A stretch of DNA of 64,000 nucleotides, taken from positions 1,054,001 to 1,118,000 of the forward strand of contig CAWKCK010000003.1 in NCBI GenBank assembly GCA_963848135.1, given 5' to 3'. Of this stretch, positions 46,603 through 56,243 are shown one piece after another. The notes below the pieces were generated by a model. The model searched no databases, was not told the origin of the DNA, and saw nothing but the letters and a program-made list of their open reading frames with translations. Position numbers and translations under genes: made by a program. The stretch's first letter is position 1, and every line of letters starts with the position of its first letter. Origin of the DNA: an uncultured delta proteobacterium (GTDB taxonomy: Bacteria; Desulfobacterota; Desulfobacteria; Desulfobacterales; SG8-13).

Positions 46603-47157
46603 TCAACGTTCGCAGGTTTTGACCGTATCGCAAATTTTAGAGAACGCATCAGACAGACGCAAGATACCGACGACCTTTTTGCCTCTGGTCACGAGCAGGG
46701 ATTGATAGCGGCACACAACCAGTTGGTGTATGGCTTCATCCAGTGTGGCATTCTCTTCTATATAGACACCATCTTCGGGGGCCTCCATGAAATCACTCAC
46801 ATTCACTTCAAAAGCACGGCTGCAAATAAACTCCAAAGGTTCACTCCAAAGAACGTTATCTTTGAGCATAGACTTGATAAACTCAGGACTATAGCCAGAA
46901 TGCGATAGCACCCCTTTAGCTTCCAGTTCTCCATACTTAGGTTCCAGGGCCATCAGGATGTCAAGCATGTCTAATTTGCCGACAACGTTTTTTTCACTGT
47001 CAAGCACCAATATTGAGCGGTGTTTATGCTTCGACGGGTCGTATGCCATTTGGGCTTTTTCCAAAGCCAGTACCGTCTCGAAAAGATTAGCCTCCTGGGG
47101 CACCGTTGCATACTCTTCGATCGGTACCATCAACTCCTTTACAATTACCGTTTTCAT
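46603..47157 (-). CDS. CBS domain protein
   Basis: VKELMVP..EYATV, VVGKL, VSDFM, VVGILRLSD. Confidence 0.88.
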   Translation of the reverse strand: MKTVIVKELMVPIEEYATVPQEANLFETVLALEKAQMAYDPSKHKHRSILVLDSEKNVVGKLDMLDILMALEPKYGELEAKGVLSHSGYSPEFIKSMLKDNVLWSEPLEFICSRAFEVNVSDFMEAPEDGVYIEENATLDEAIHQLVVCRYQSLLVTRGKKVVGILRLSDAFSKICDTVKTCER

Positions 47158-47273
47158 ATCAAGTCTCCCATTAATTTATGTGCCCTTGAAATAGATACCA
47201 ATCTCCTGTAACTTCCGAACCGGTTCCAACATGACCGGTTATGATGTTGACCCGGGTCGGTGCTTTTTTATGT

Positions 47274-47642
47274 TTATTTGGGACGATTAACGGCCTCCCT
47301 GATGCGTATGGCCAGCGAGTCGATATCCAAAGGAATCAGGAAGTCATCAAAAGCCCCCAATTCCATCGCTTCAATGGAGAGATCCATATGGTTTGCGTCG
47401 TTAATGATAAGAATCTCGGCCGCGGGCCTGATGGCTTTGATTGGGCGAATCAGTGCCAACCCTTCCCGGCCCAGTCCGTCCACTCCCAGCAGGACCGCAT
47501 CGATTTTCTCTTTGGCAACGATGGTCGCAACATCGTCTTGAGGGGTGATTTTATCAACCGTAAACCCCTCCGCCTGCAGAAACTGGTAAAGATTTTTGCG
47601 AAAACGATTTTCGGCTTCAATGATCAATATGCGGATACCCAT
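47274..47642 (-). CDS. Pseudo-receiver protein
   Basis: Receiver fold but IIEAE, LLG (no Asp) and LIP (no Lys). Confidence 0.8.
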   Translation of the reverse strand: MGIRILIIEAENRFRKNLYQFLQAEGFTVDKITPQDDVATIVAKEKIDAVLLGVDGLGREGLALIRPIKAIRPAAEILIINDANHMDLSIEAMELGAFDDFLIPLDIDSLAIRIREAVNRPK

Positions 47643-47682
47643 TGCCCTATTCGCCTTTTTGGTACATTAGAGTGTGTACACC

Positions 47683-47698
47683 AGCAAAGGGCGTGCCA
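47683..47698 (-). promoter_or_regulatory. Sigma-54 -24/-12 promoter
   Basis: TGGCAC-GCCCT-TTGCT, 40 nt upstream of the first operon gene. Confidence 0.88.
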
Positions 47699-47940
47699 AT
47701 AACCAATTATTTAGTAATTACAGATTGTTTTATGAGTTGGGAGAATGAAGAGTTTAAACAGGTGGGCCGTATTGAAACAATTTAAAACATATCCAGAGAC
47801 GCATATTCAATACGTTATGAAACGTTTATCGTGTCATTTTTAAATTCCAACCACGAATTAACACCAATGATCACGAACAAAAAATGTTTGCGCCGTATTG
47901 TTGAAAACAACATGCAATGACCGGATAGTTACCCGAAATA

Positions 47941-48236
47941 ATTTAATTAAATGAGCCCTCGGGGAGTTTTCACCATCCGGTAGCGGAGGGAATACTCAGC
48001 GACTTCAGCGTGCAAACTCATGCATAAGGCAACCTAAGGAAAGAACAGATTTCATAATGATATAAAACTGTTGAGATTAGTTCACTTATTGTGATCCGAA
48101 TCTGATAACCGGGGTTCCCGCTGTTCTTTCCCAAAGTTGCCTAATGCATTCGGACAGTGCACGCTTTCGCTGCTGACCACTCCCTCCGCTCTGGTTCAGC
48201 ATTGGCGGGAAAAACTCCCCGACCCCTGAATTAAAT
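47941..48236. other. ~296-nt rod-like imperfect foldback (ncRNA or foldback element)
   Basis: Nested arms TCGGGGAGTTTT/AAAACTCCCCGA, AGCGGAGGGA/TCCCTCCGCT, AGCGTGCA/TGCACGCT, ATGCATAAGGCAAC/GTTGCCTAATGCAT, GGAAAGAACAG/CTGTTCTTTCC. Confidence 0.8.
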
Positions 48237-48252
48237 ATAAATAATGGGTTTG

Positions 48253-48585
48253 TTACAAAATTTCACCCGGCTTGAGCGTCCCTTCGATAAATCGCTCCAG
48301 GGCCGCTTCACTTGATCCGATGACTGAATCGATCACTTCGATCCTCTTCCAGATGAGATACTGGTAGTAATCATCTTCGATGCCGCTGCAGATAACAGTC
48401 TTAACACCTTCAGTAATGACGAGATGGCAAAGTTGGTCTGCCGATGCACGGGGCAGGACCACCATTCTTTTATCCCCTGAATCGGTTTTTCCGATATTGG
48501 TAACGATCAGAACTTCAGTGGCCAGATCAAATCGCGGCGCCACATCATTTTCGTGCAGAGGAATGAGAATCTTTGTGGATATCAT
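48253..48585 (-). CDS. NifB/NifX-like small protein
   Basis: VAPRFD.A, V.TVICSGI; TGATG coupling to the activator gene. Confidence 0.8.
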   Translation of the reverse strand: MISTKILIPLHENDVAPRFDLATEVLIVTNIGKTDSGDKRMVVLPRASADQLCHLVITEGVKTVICSGIEDDYYQYLIWKRIEVIDSVIGSSEAALERFIEGTLKPGEIL

Positions 48586-50066
48586 CAGCGAATACCGTAT
48601 TTTTTCATTTTGCGCCAGAGCGTGCTTCTGCCCCAGCCCAATGAAGCCGCCGCTCTGTTTTTACGTCCGCCCGTCTTGATGAGCGCCTCTATAATCATGT
48701 GCTTTTCAATTTCGCGCCAATCCCGGTGGGTAATGGGATCCGTTATACCACTACCCTCGGCGTTAAGGGCAAAACGAGAGGGCGGCTCTTGTGCAATGGC
48801 AACCATATCGACTTGGCCAGCTTCCAGCAAATAGGAGGGCAGGTGTTTGGGATTGATTTGCCGATCTGCACAGACATTTACGGCGTATTCAATTATATTT
48901 CTCAGTTCTCTGACGTTTCCCGGATATGGGTAGTTAAGCAAAATTTGTAGTGCCTTGCGTGACAGAGAGAGCTTTTTTTTGCCCAGCTTGGTTGAAAGCG
49001 TGTTTAAAAAATGATCCAGTAGCAGTTGAATGTCCCCCTGTCGATCGCGCAGAGGAGGAAGATGAAGCCGGATCACATTGAGTCTGAATAAAAGGTCTTT
49101 TCGGAACCGGTTGTCGTTGACTCTCTGCTCGAGATTGCGGTGGGTGGCCGCAATGATCCTTACGTCGGCGATAGACCCTTTGACACTGCCTATAGGAAAG
49201 ATTTCTTTGTCATCCAGAAAAGTGAGCAGCTTGACCTGAAGCGAAAGTGGAAGATCGCCGATTTCGGTCAGGTAAAGCGTGCCGTTGTGTGCCTGTTGAA
49301 ACCTCCCGGGTTTATTCTCTATGGCGCCGGTAAAAGAGCCCTTACGATGGCCGAACAATTCAGATTCTAAAAGGGTTTCCGGCAAAGCACCGCAATTGAT
49401 TTTGACAAAAGGACCCTTGGCCCGGTTCGACGAATGATGGATCGTTTCGGCCACCATGTCCTTTCCGGTACCGGTTTCGCCGGTGATCAGGACTGATGAG
49501 TCGCTCTGAGCCAGTGAGGGAAGAATCTGGAAAATTTTTTCCATTTCCGGACTTCTGCCGATAATATTGTTGAATTTGTAGGCGTGACTGGTTGTTTCGT
49601 CGAGTTTCCGAATAAGGCTGATGTCTTCCACGGTTTCCATAAATCCAACCATTTTGCCATCAATGCCTTTTAAGGGGGTAGAGGTGATGCGGATGGGAAT
49701 CAATTGGCGGTCCATGTTAATGAGATTGCCTTCGATGCATTTGGGACCGGATTGTTCATTGAGACCCAACGCCGGGCAGTTTTGAAGACAGATGTTGCTG
49801 CGCAGGACATGGGCGCAGGCGACACCGAATACCGCCTTTTGGTTGAAGCCGGTAAGGGCATTCAGGGTTTGATTCATGAAGACAATCTTTCGATCCATGC
49901 TCAGGACCGCGACGCCGATGGCGATTTCATCAAGCAATTCAAAAAAATCGATCGGAATATTGAAAAGGTCATTGATGTATGGCGGGGCCGCGGCGCGCCG
50001 ACCGGTAACAACCCGAATAGAACCTTTGCTGGGCACATTGGTTTTATGGTCGGAAACTTTTTTCAT
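48585..50066 (-). CDS. PAS-AAA+-Fis sigma-54 activator
   Basis: GETGTGKD, ESELFGH..GSFTGA, LYLTEIG, PGNVREL, RSTLWRK. Confidence 0.92.
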   Translation of the reverse strand: MKKVSDHKTNVPSKGSIRVVTGRRAAAPPYINDLFNIPIDFFELLDEIAIGVAVLSMDRKIVFMNQTLNALTGFNQKAVFGVACAHVLRSNICLQNCPALGLNEQSGPKCIEGNLINMDRQLIPIRITSTPLKGIDGKMVGFMETVEDISLIRKLDETTSHAYKFNNIIGRSPEMEKIFQILPSLAQSDSSVLITGETGTGKDMVAETIHHSSNRAKGPFVKINCGALPETLLESELFGHRKGSFTGAIENKPGRFQQAHNGTLYLTEIGDLPLSLQVKLLTFLDDKEIFPIGSVKGSIADVRIIAATHRNLEQRVNDNRFRKDLLFRLNVIRLHLPPLRDRQGDIQLLLDHFLNTLSTKLGKKKLSLSRKALQILLNYPYPGNVRELRNIIEYAVNVCADRQINPKHLPSYLLEAGQVDMVAIAQEPPSRFALNAEGSGITDPITHRDWREIEKHMIIEALIKTGGRKNRAAASLGWGRSTLWRKMKKYGIR

Positions 50067-50323
50067 CTGCAATCCATAGCACATGTATGCTATTTTGAGC
50101 TTAAGTTTGCCTATTGCATCGACAACAAACCAGGTTCTTCCAAGGTGCATTTTCGAGCATCGAAAATTCCCTTATACCGCGCTTGTATAAACCGTAATCT
50201 AAGCCGCGATCCACCGGGAATCGGGTTTACGGTACAACCATTCTATTTAATAATCCATCAAAATAAACATCGGCCATGGTTCCATAGCCTGAAGGCTGGT
50301 GTGGTTGTACACGAATTATATTC

Positions 50324-50481
50324 GTATCGGTTCACAGGGTTGCAACATCGAATGTGCTTAAGACCACAGAATAGTAAGCGTTTACAGGGTGCCGCAGATG
50401 CAAGGCGTCGGGCGCGCAGACGTACTTTTGTACTTCAAGTGCCCGACAACAAAGCAGATGCGGTGCCCTGTGAATGCTTAC
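50324..50481. mobile_element. MITE-like element, family 2, copy B (inverted)
   Basis: Reverse complement of 41546-41702; flanked by TTATATTC / TTGTATTC. Confidence 0.8.
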
Positions 50482-50784
50482 TTGTATTCATCAACGGATA
50501 AGGGTAATGAAGGCTTGACCTTGTCCACTTGTCAGATGATAGTATAACCTAAAGTGAGCTTTTCAAATTTCAAAAGTAGGGAGAGCTGTTTTATTTATTA
50601 GGTATAAAAATCTCAAGTTTATTGTTTCCATGATAAACTGGCAGCAGAAAATACCGATTCATGCAAGTATATTTCTCTTTGTCGAAAGTGGGTCAGCTCC
50701 GAGATCGGGTTGACATGTTTAATATGCGGCACCTTGAATACCATTGATTTGCCTGTATGGCGCTATGATGAGAGGATAATACCC

Positions 50785-51834
50785 ATGTCAGTTCACCGTC
50801 AAGGTATACACGAACGGATCCAGTGGCTGCTTAACTTGGGCCGCGAACACGCCCATGAGTTTTGCACCCCGGAGGTCTTCCTTGCCCGGCAGCGCTACCT
50901 GGCCGAACACCCGACACTGGTTGCCGTCATGAAGTGCATGGACGGGCGGATCCACATTCCTTGGGCCACCCATACGCCGCTTGGCATTATTAAACCGTTC
51001 CGCAATCTGGGCGGTATCTTTGACCTTGGCTGGCCGTATCTTGGCGAGGTGCTCAATGCCACGTTTCAAAGCGCAGTGAATAATGGCCGTCGCGTGCTTC
51101 TGTTGATCACCTATCACTACTCCAAGGCTACACCACTTCGTGGTTGCGCCGGTTTCGAGTACAACCGTGATGCCGCCATCGAACACACCTACCGCATCAA
51201 GCGACAAGTCGAAGAAACCTTTGGAAAGGATCATCAGACCGTCTACCCGGTTGTGTGCGGCTTCGAGACTGACGTGGACGCATTGATCCTTCATGGTGAA
51301 AACGGTATATTGGATCTTGCTTCAGAGACGGATACCCAGGCCGACGCATTATTGCCCCGGTTGATGGCGTTGTTTCCGGACATGCCCCGCCAGGTGATGC
51401 TGGACTTCCTGCCACTGATTCAAGGCAACATCGCCCATATTGCTGAAATGCGTCAATCTGACAGAGAACTCGACATCGTACATCGCGAATGGGCCATCTG
51501 CATCGGGCGTGGCTTCGATTTTTTCCACGTCCCCAATGTTGCACTCATTATCGGTCCGTACAGCCCCGATCTCAGTGATCCCGTCCGAAAAGCGGCGACA
51601 ATCATCCGCAACAATATGAGTGACGGTCGTATCCCTGACGACGGATTTCTCTTGCTGGCCTCCTCGCCATACCAGGAGATCGGCGTCGACCGTGCCCGCG
51701 CGACCCTCAAGGGCCGTTTTTTGTCCCAATTTGCAGCCGATGTAATCGAAAAGGCTTATCCTGATCTTCATCAAAAGATGGTCCCCTATACCGCAGTACT
51801 AAACTGGCGCACGCGAGACCTTGAAGTGATTTAA
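50785..51834 (+). CDS. Beta-class carbonic anhydrase, CsoSCA-like
   Basis: KCMDGR, RNLGG.F, and YHYS-x6-GCAG long His-Cys spacing. Confidence 0.72.
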   Translation: MSVHRQGIHERIQWLLNLGREHAHEFCTPEVFLARQRYLAEHPTLVAVMKCMDGRIHIPWATHTPLGIIKPFRNLGGIFDLGWPYLGEVLNATFQSAVNNGRRVLLLITYHYSKATPLRGCAGFEYNRDAAIEHTYRIKRQVEETFGKDHQTVYPVVCGFETDVDALILHGENGILDLASETDTQADALLPRLMALFPDMPRQVMLDFLPLIQGNIAHIAEMRQSDRELDIVHREWAICIGRGFDFFHVPNVALIIGPYSPDLSDPVRKAATIIRNNMSDGRIPDDGFLLLASSPYQEIGVDRARATLKGRFLSQFAADVIEKAYPDLHQKMVPYTAVLNWRTRDLEVI

Positions 51835-51849
51835 AGGAAAGAGAACGGC

Positions 51850-53029
51850 ATGCCGACTTTATCCGTCTTCCACCACTTTCGTTTTCAAGATGTATTGGAT
51901 ATCATATTTCTTTCGTTTGTCGCCTATCATCTCTACATATGGTTTTATGAAACCAAGGCGTTTAAAGCCCTTGTGGGCCTTCTTGGACTGGGAATTATCT
52001 ACAGTGTGGCGCAATCCTGGGGCCTGTTTCTAACCACTTGGGTCTTTCAAATCCTATGGCAAGTTTTAATCATACTGCTCATTATTCTCTTTCAGCCTGA
52101 AATCCGTCAGGTCCTCGAAAAGGTGAATCCCTTTTACGCCCTTGGATGGCGAAAAACCGTTGGCCGTATTCCCTGGATTGAAAGTTTCTCCAAGACCATA
52201 TTCGAATTGGCATCGCAACAAGTCGGTGCCTTGGTCCTGTTCGAACGCAAAGACCGGCTGCGGGAATTTATTACCGGAGGAATTCCCTTTGAAGCCGATC
52301 CAACGCGAGAGGTTATTGTCAGCATATTCCAAAAACATTCGCCTCTGCATGATGGGGCTGTACTGATGAATAACGGTCGAGATAACCATGGCGGCAGGTT
52401 TTTTACCGCTGACTTTGCGTGAGGGGTTGGCCAAAGAATGGGGGACGCGACACCGGTCAGCGATCGGTATCACCGAACGCTGTGATGCCTGGGCGCTGGT
52501 TGTATCAGAGGAGCGCGGTCAGGTTTCGTTGGTTCGCGGGGGTGTGCTCGAACCGGTCGCGTCTCCTGAAATACTTGAGGTGAAACTCAAGGAGCTGTTG
52601 ACCCCTTCAACTCCGGAATTGACCAGCAAGCTCCAAAAAGTAAAGCGTTTGTTGTTGAACCGATGGCGGGTAAAACTGGCCACCCTTGCGGTTGTCAGCG
52701 TACTATGGTTCTCTTTCGCTGGACAACAGGATGTTGAAGTGACGCTCGAGATCCCACTTTCCATGCATAATCTATCACCCCAATTGAGGGTTGACCCGGC
52801 GAATCAAAATGTAAAGGTCACGGCACGTGGGTTGCGCAAGGATATCGGCATGCTGAGTCCCAAAAATGTAAAAATCAATCTGGATCTAACCCAAGTCAGT
52901 GCCGGCAAAAAAAATTATTACCTCAATCGGCAGCAATTGTTATTACCCAATGATCGTATCGAGGTCACTAGAATCGAGCCCAACAATCTCACACTGGAAA
53001 TTTTACCTAAATTAGAACCAACCAATTGA
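51850..53029 (+). CDS. dacA: Membrane diadenylate cyclase (DacA/CdaA) with C-terminal YbbR-like domain; frameshift near 52380
   Basis: 3 TM, FQPEIR..LE, PLHDGA, GTRHRSAIGITE, VVSEERG; then TM and YbbR-like beta domain. Confidence 0.85.
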
Positions 53030-53195
53030 AACAAAAGCTAAACCATTCCACCACGGTTTTTCCGTTTTTCCCCAAATAGTAGATGCCGTGTTCCCTTTAT
53101 TGTAAACGACTTGGAGGGCGTGTTCGAAGACAGAGTGTTATTGGATACCGCCAGCCGAAGACTCCATTCGAAGAATAACTAACCAGACCAATGCT

Positions 53196-54910
53196 ATGAA
53201 ACTTATTCTCAGCGAACTCATATTTTAATAACGAGAAAACAGGAACAGAACTTCTGGATGTTAGGAAAATTCTTCATTGCTCTGACTGCAATGGTATCCG
53301 TTTACAGCGTCTTGTTTCACTTCCTGATGATATATGAAAACAGAGAATTTAGCTGGGTTACCGGCTTTTATTGGACACTGACGGTTATGTCCACCCTTGG
53401 TTTCGGTGATATTACTTTTGCCACAGATCTTGGAAAGATGTTCTCGATTATCGTTCTGATGTCTGGAATCGTATTTCTCCTCACGATGCTTCCCTTCACT
53501 TTTATCCAGTTTTTCTATCTACCGTGGCTGGAATCCCAGGCCAAAGCCAGAGCGCCGCGGGAATTGCCCAGTGGCACCAAAGGCCATGTCATCCTTACCA
53601 GCTATGATCCGGTTACGATAAACCTGGCGGAAAAATTCCGCCAATATCATAATGATTACGTTATCGTGGTAGAAGACGTTCAACAGGCGTTGGAAATTCA
53701 GGATTTAGACTTCAGGGTGGCGGTGGGGAAACTGGGTGATACGGAGACTTACCAGCGATTGAGAACTGAGCATGCCGCGCTTGTGGTCGCCAATGTCGAT
53801 GACATGATGAATACCAACATCGCCTTCACAGTTCGTGAAATTTCTCAAAAAGTTCCCATCGTTGCGAATGCTGATGTTGACGACTCCGTTGATATTCTTG
53901 AGCTGGCTGGAAGCACTTACGTATTTCAATTTACAAAAATGCTGGGACAATCTTTGGCCCGCAGGGTTATCGGTACAACCACCAGGGCAAACGTTATCGG
54001 AAAAATCGAATCATTACTGATCGCAGAAGCCCCGGCCATGAGGACGCCTCTTGTCGGCAAAACACTTCTGCAAAGTAAACTGCGAGAGATAATCGGAGTC
54101 AATGTGGTGGGCGTATGGGAACGCGGTCGATTTAACATTCCTACCGCTCAAACGCTCATCAGTCCTCATACCGTTCTTCTGCTGGCCGGATCCGGTGACC
54201 AATTCAGTGAGTATGACGAAAAGTTCGGCAGGGAAAAAAAATACCAGGCTCCGGTACTGATTTTGGGTGGCGGTCGGGTTGGCCGGGCAGCCGCAGCGGC
54301 CTTGATGGAGCGCAATATTGATTACCGAATCATTGAAAAAAAACAAAGACTCGTTGAAGACGAACGGTATATCTTCGGAAGTGCTGCCGACATCAATACA
54401 CTTATGAAGGCCGGAATCAATGAGGCTCCTTCGATAATCATTACGACCCATGACGATCCGACAAATATTTACCTGACAATCTACTGCCGCAGGTTAGCTC
54501 CCAATATACAGATTATCTGTCGGGCCAATCTCGAAAGGAATATTTCAAAATTACACACGGCCGGGGCGGACTTGGTGATGTCATATGCGTCAATGGTCGC
54601 CAATACCATCATCAACTTGCTCAAACCCGGTGAATTGTTAATGCTGGCCGAAGGGTTAAACATATTTCGGGTTGCCGTGCCTTCATCTCATGTGGGCAAA
54701 TCGCTTGCTGAAAGCCAGATACGCACCCAAACGGGATGCAATGTGATTGCCGTCTGCGACCCGGATACAATGTGCATCAATCCCGGTCCTTCCCATCGTT
54801 TTGGTGAGAATAATGAGCTAATTCTGATCGGCAATTCGGAAGCCGAAAGCCGATTCTTCACAATGCATTCGGGAATGAAAAAGATCAAGGCTGCAAAGGC
54901 AGAGGCATAG
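53196..54910 (+). CDS. Potassium channel with two TrkA-N/TrkA-C (RCK) modules; probable frameshift near 53225
   Basis: YWTLTVMSTLGFGDI pore; ILGGGRVG; two TrkA-C repeats. Confidence 0.9.
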
Positions 54911-55072
54911 GAGCGAATTCAATAGAGCATTGACCATGGTGGTGTTAGATGCTTTTTCCTGTCCCGCCAAATGGGCCACAACTTCAATTTACATAGGCAA
55001 TTTGCTTACCATATATACACTAGGATTATATGAAGATATTTTGTTAAGCGAACAAATATATCGCGTGGGTTT

Positions 55073-55250
55073 CTATATCAGGTATTTCTGGAATAAAACG
55101 GCAAATCCGAGAAAGGCAAAAAACCCCATAATATCAGTAACAGTTGTCAGAATAATGTTTGCACTCTGCGCAGGATCTATACCAACCTTTTTCATAAAGA
55201 GTGGAATTGCAGCACCGGATATCCCTGCGAAAATTAAATTTAGATAACGG
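55073..55250 (-). pseudogene. mgtE: C-terminal remnant of an MgtE Mg2+ transporter
   Basis: G..IPL.MKKVGIDPAQSANIILTTVTDIMGFFAFLG; rest of gene absent. Confidence 0.75.
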
Positions 55251-55296
55251 GCAAGCCTTCCCTTAAGCACGATTCTGGTAATTTTTACTGATTGGT

Positions 55297-56206
55297 TCAA
55301 CGTGGACGCCATATCATATTCCTACGGTTTTTTGGGGATGTTCGGGAGTAACGATAGCCCTTCGTCGTGCTTTGCTTCGAGATCTCCGGAATGGTAAATA
55401 CCACATTTTTCCCGGTGACCGGACATCGAAATTCTAGCGATACCGCGGTGAGTTTCAGGCCACCGGGGTTCTTGTTGCCCTTCCCGTATAAGGGGATCAC
55501 CCATGATCGGGTGACCGATCATCTCGAAATGGCGCCGCAGCTGGTGGCGGCGACCGGTTATCAGTCTGATGTCGATGGTGCTGGTGCCGTTAGCGGGAGA
55601 ATGGGCCGTTACGGTATATTCGGTCAGCGCCGATTTCCCGTCCAGCGGTAAGTCGATTTTGCCCACCGATTGCTTTCCGTCCAAAACGCCGAGAACCTCG
55701 GCCCGATACCTTTTGATCACCCGCCGGTTTTGAAAAAGGGCCGAGAGGCGCCGGGCGGCATCCCGCGCATGCGCCACCAGAACCACACCCGGCACCTCGC
55801 GATCCAGCCGATGCACGGGATGAACGGGCCGGCGCCGTAAAAAATACGTCTCAACCGCACGCAGCAGGGCGCAGTGGTCGCCGAAATTACTGCCCTGCGT
55901 CATCATCCCCGCCGGCTTGAACCAAACGCTGTACGTTTTCCGATCCGCGAGCATATCCGCGGGTGGTGGTGTTCTGGCGAGAATATTTTCATCGTAGAAA
56001 ATCTCCAGTACGTCCCCAACGGCCAAGGTGGTTGTTGCCCGCCGCAGGCGCCGGCGTTTGCCTCTGCCCTTTTTCAGCCAGACGGCGCCCTTGATCATGG
56101 CTTCCTTGATCTTGGTTTTGGAGAGACCGGTACCGGTGGCAAGAAGTTCGCTGGCCATACGAATGTCACTGGGTCCGACGATTTTTTTGAAGACAACAGG
56201 TTGCAT
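55297..56206 (-). CDS. RluA-family pseudouridine synthase; frameshift near 55490
   Basis: KPAGM, VHRLDRE, TGRRHQLRRH, GHPIMGDPLYG. Confidence 0.88.
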
Positions 56207-56243
56207 GCTGTAAAATATTCGGGAGAGCGATTTCCCGGAATCT

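Noticed and set aside
47216..47270. tracrRNA-like 3' end (TCGGTGCTTTTTT)
   Set aside because: No cas genes or CRISPR array; better read as an intergenic hairpin with a chance match.
53030..53195. c-di-AMP (ydaO) riboswitch before the K+ channel
   Set aside because: Conserved GCUGAAU, GGGGGAACC and CAGCUAAC elements not found.
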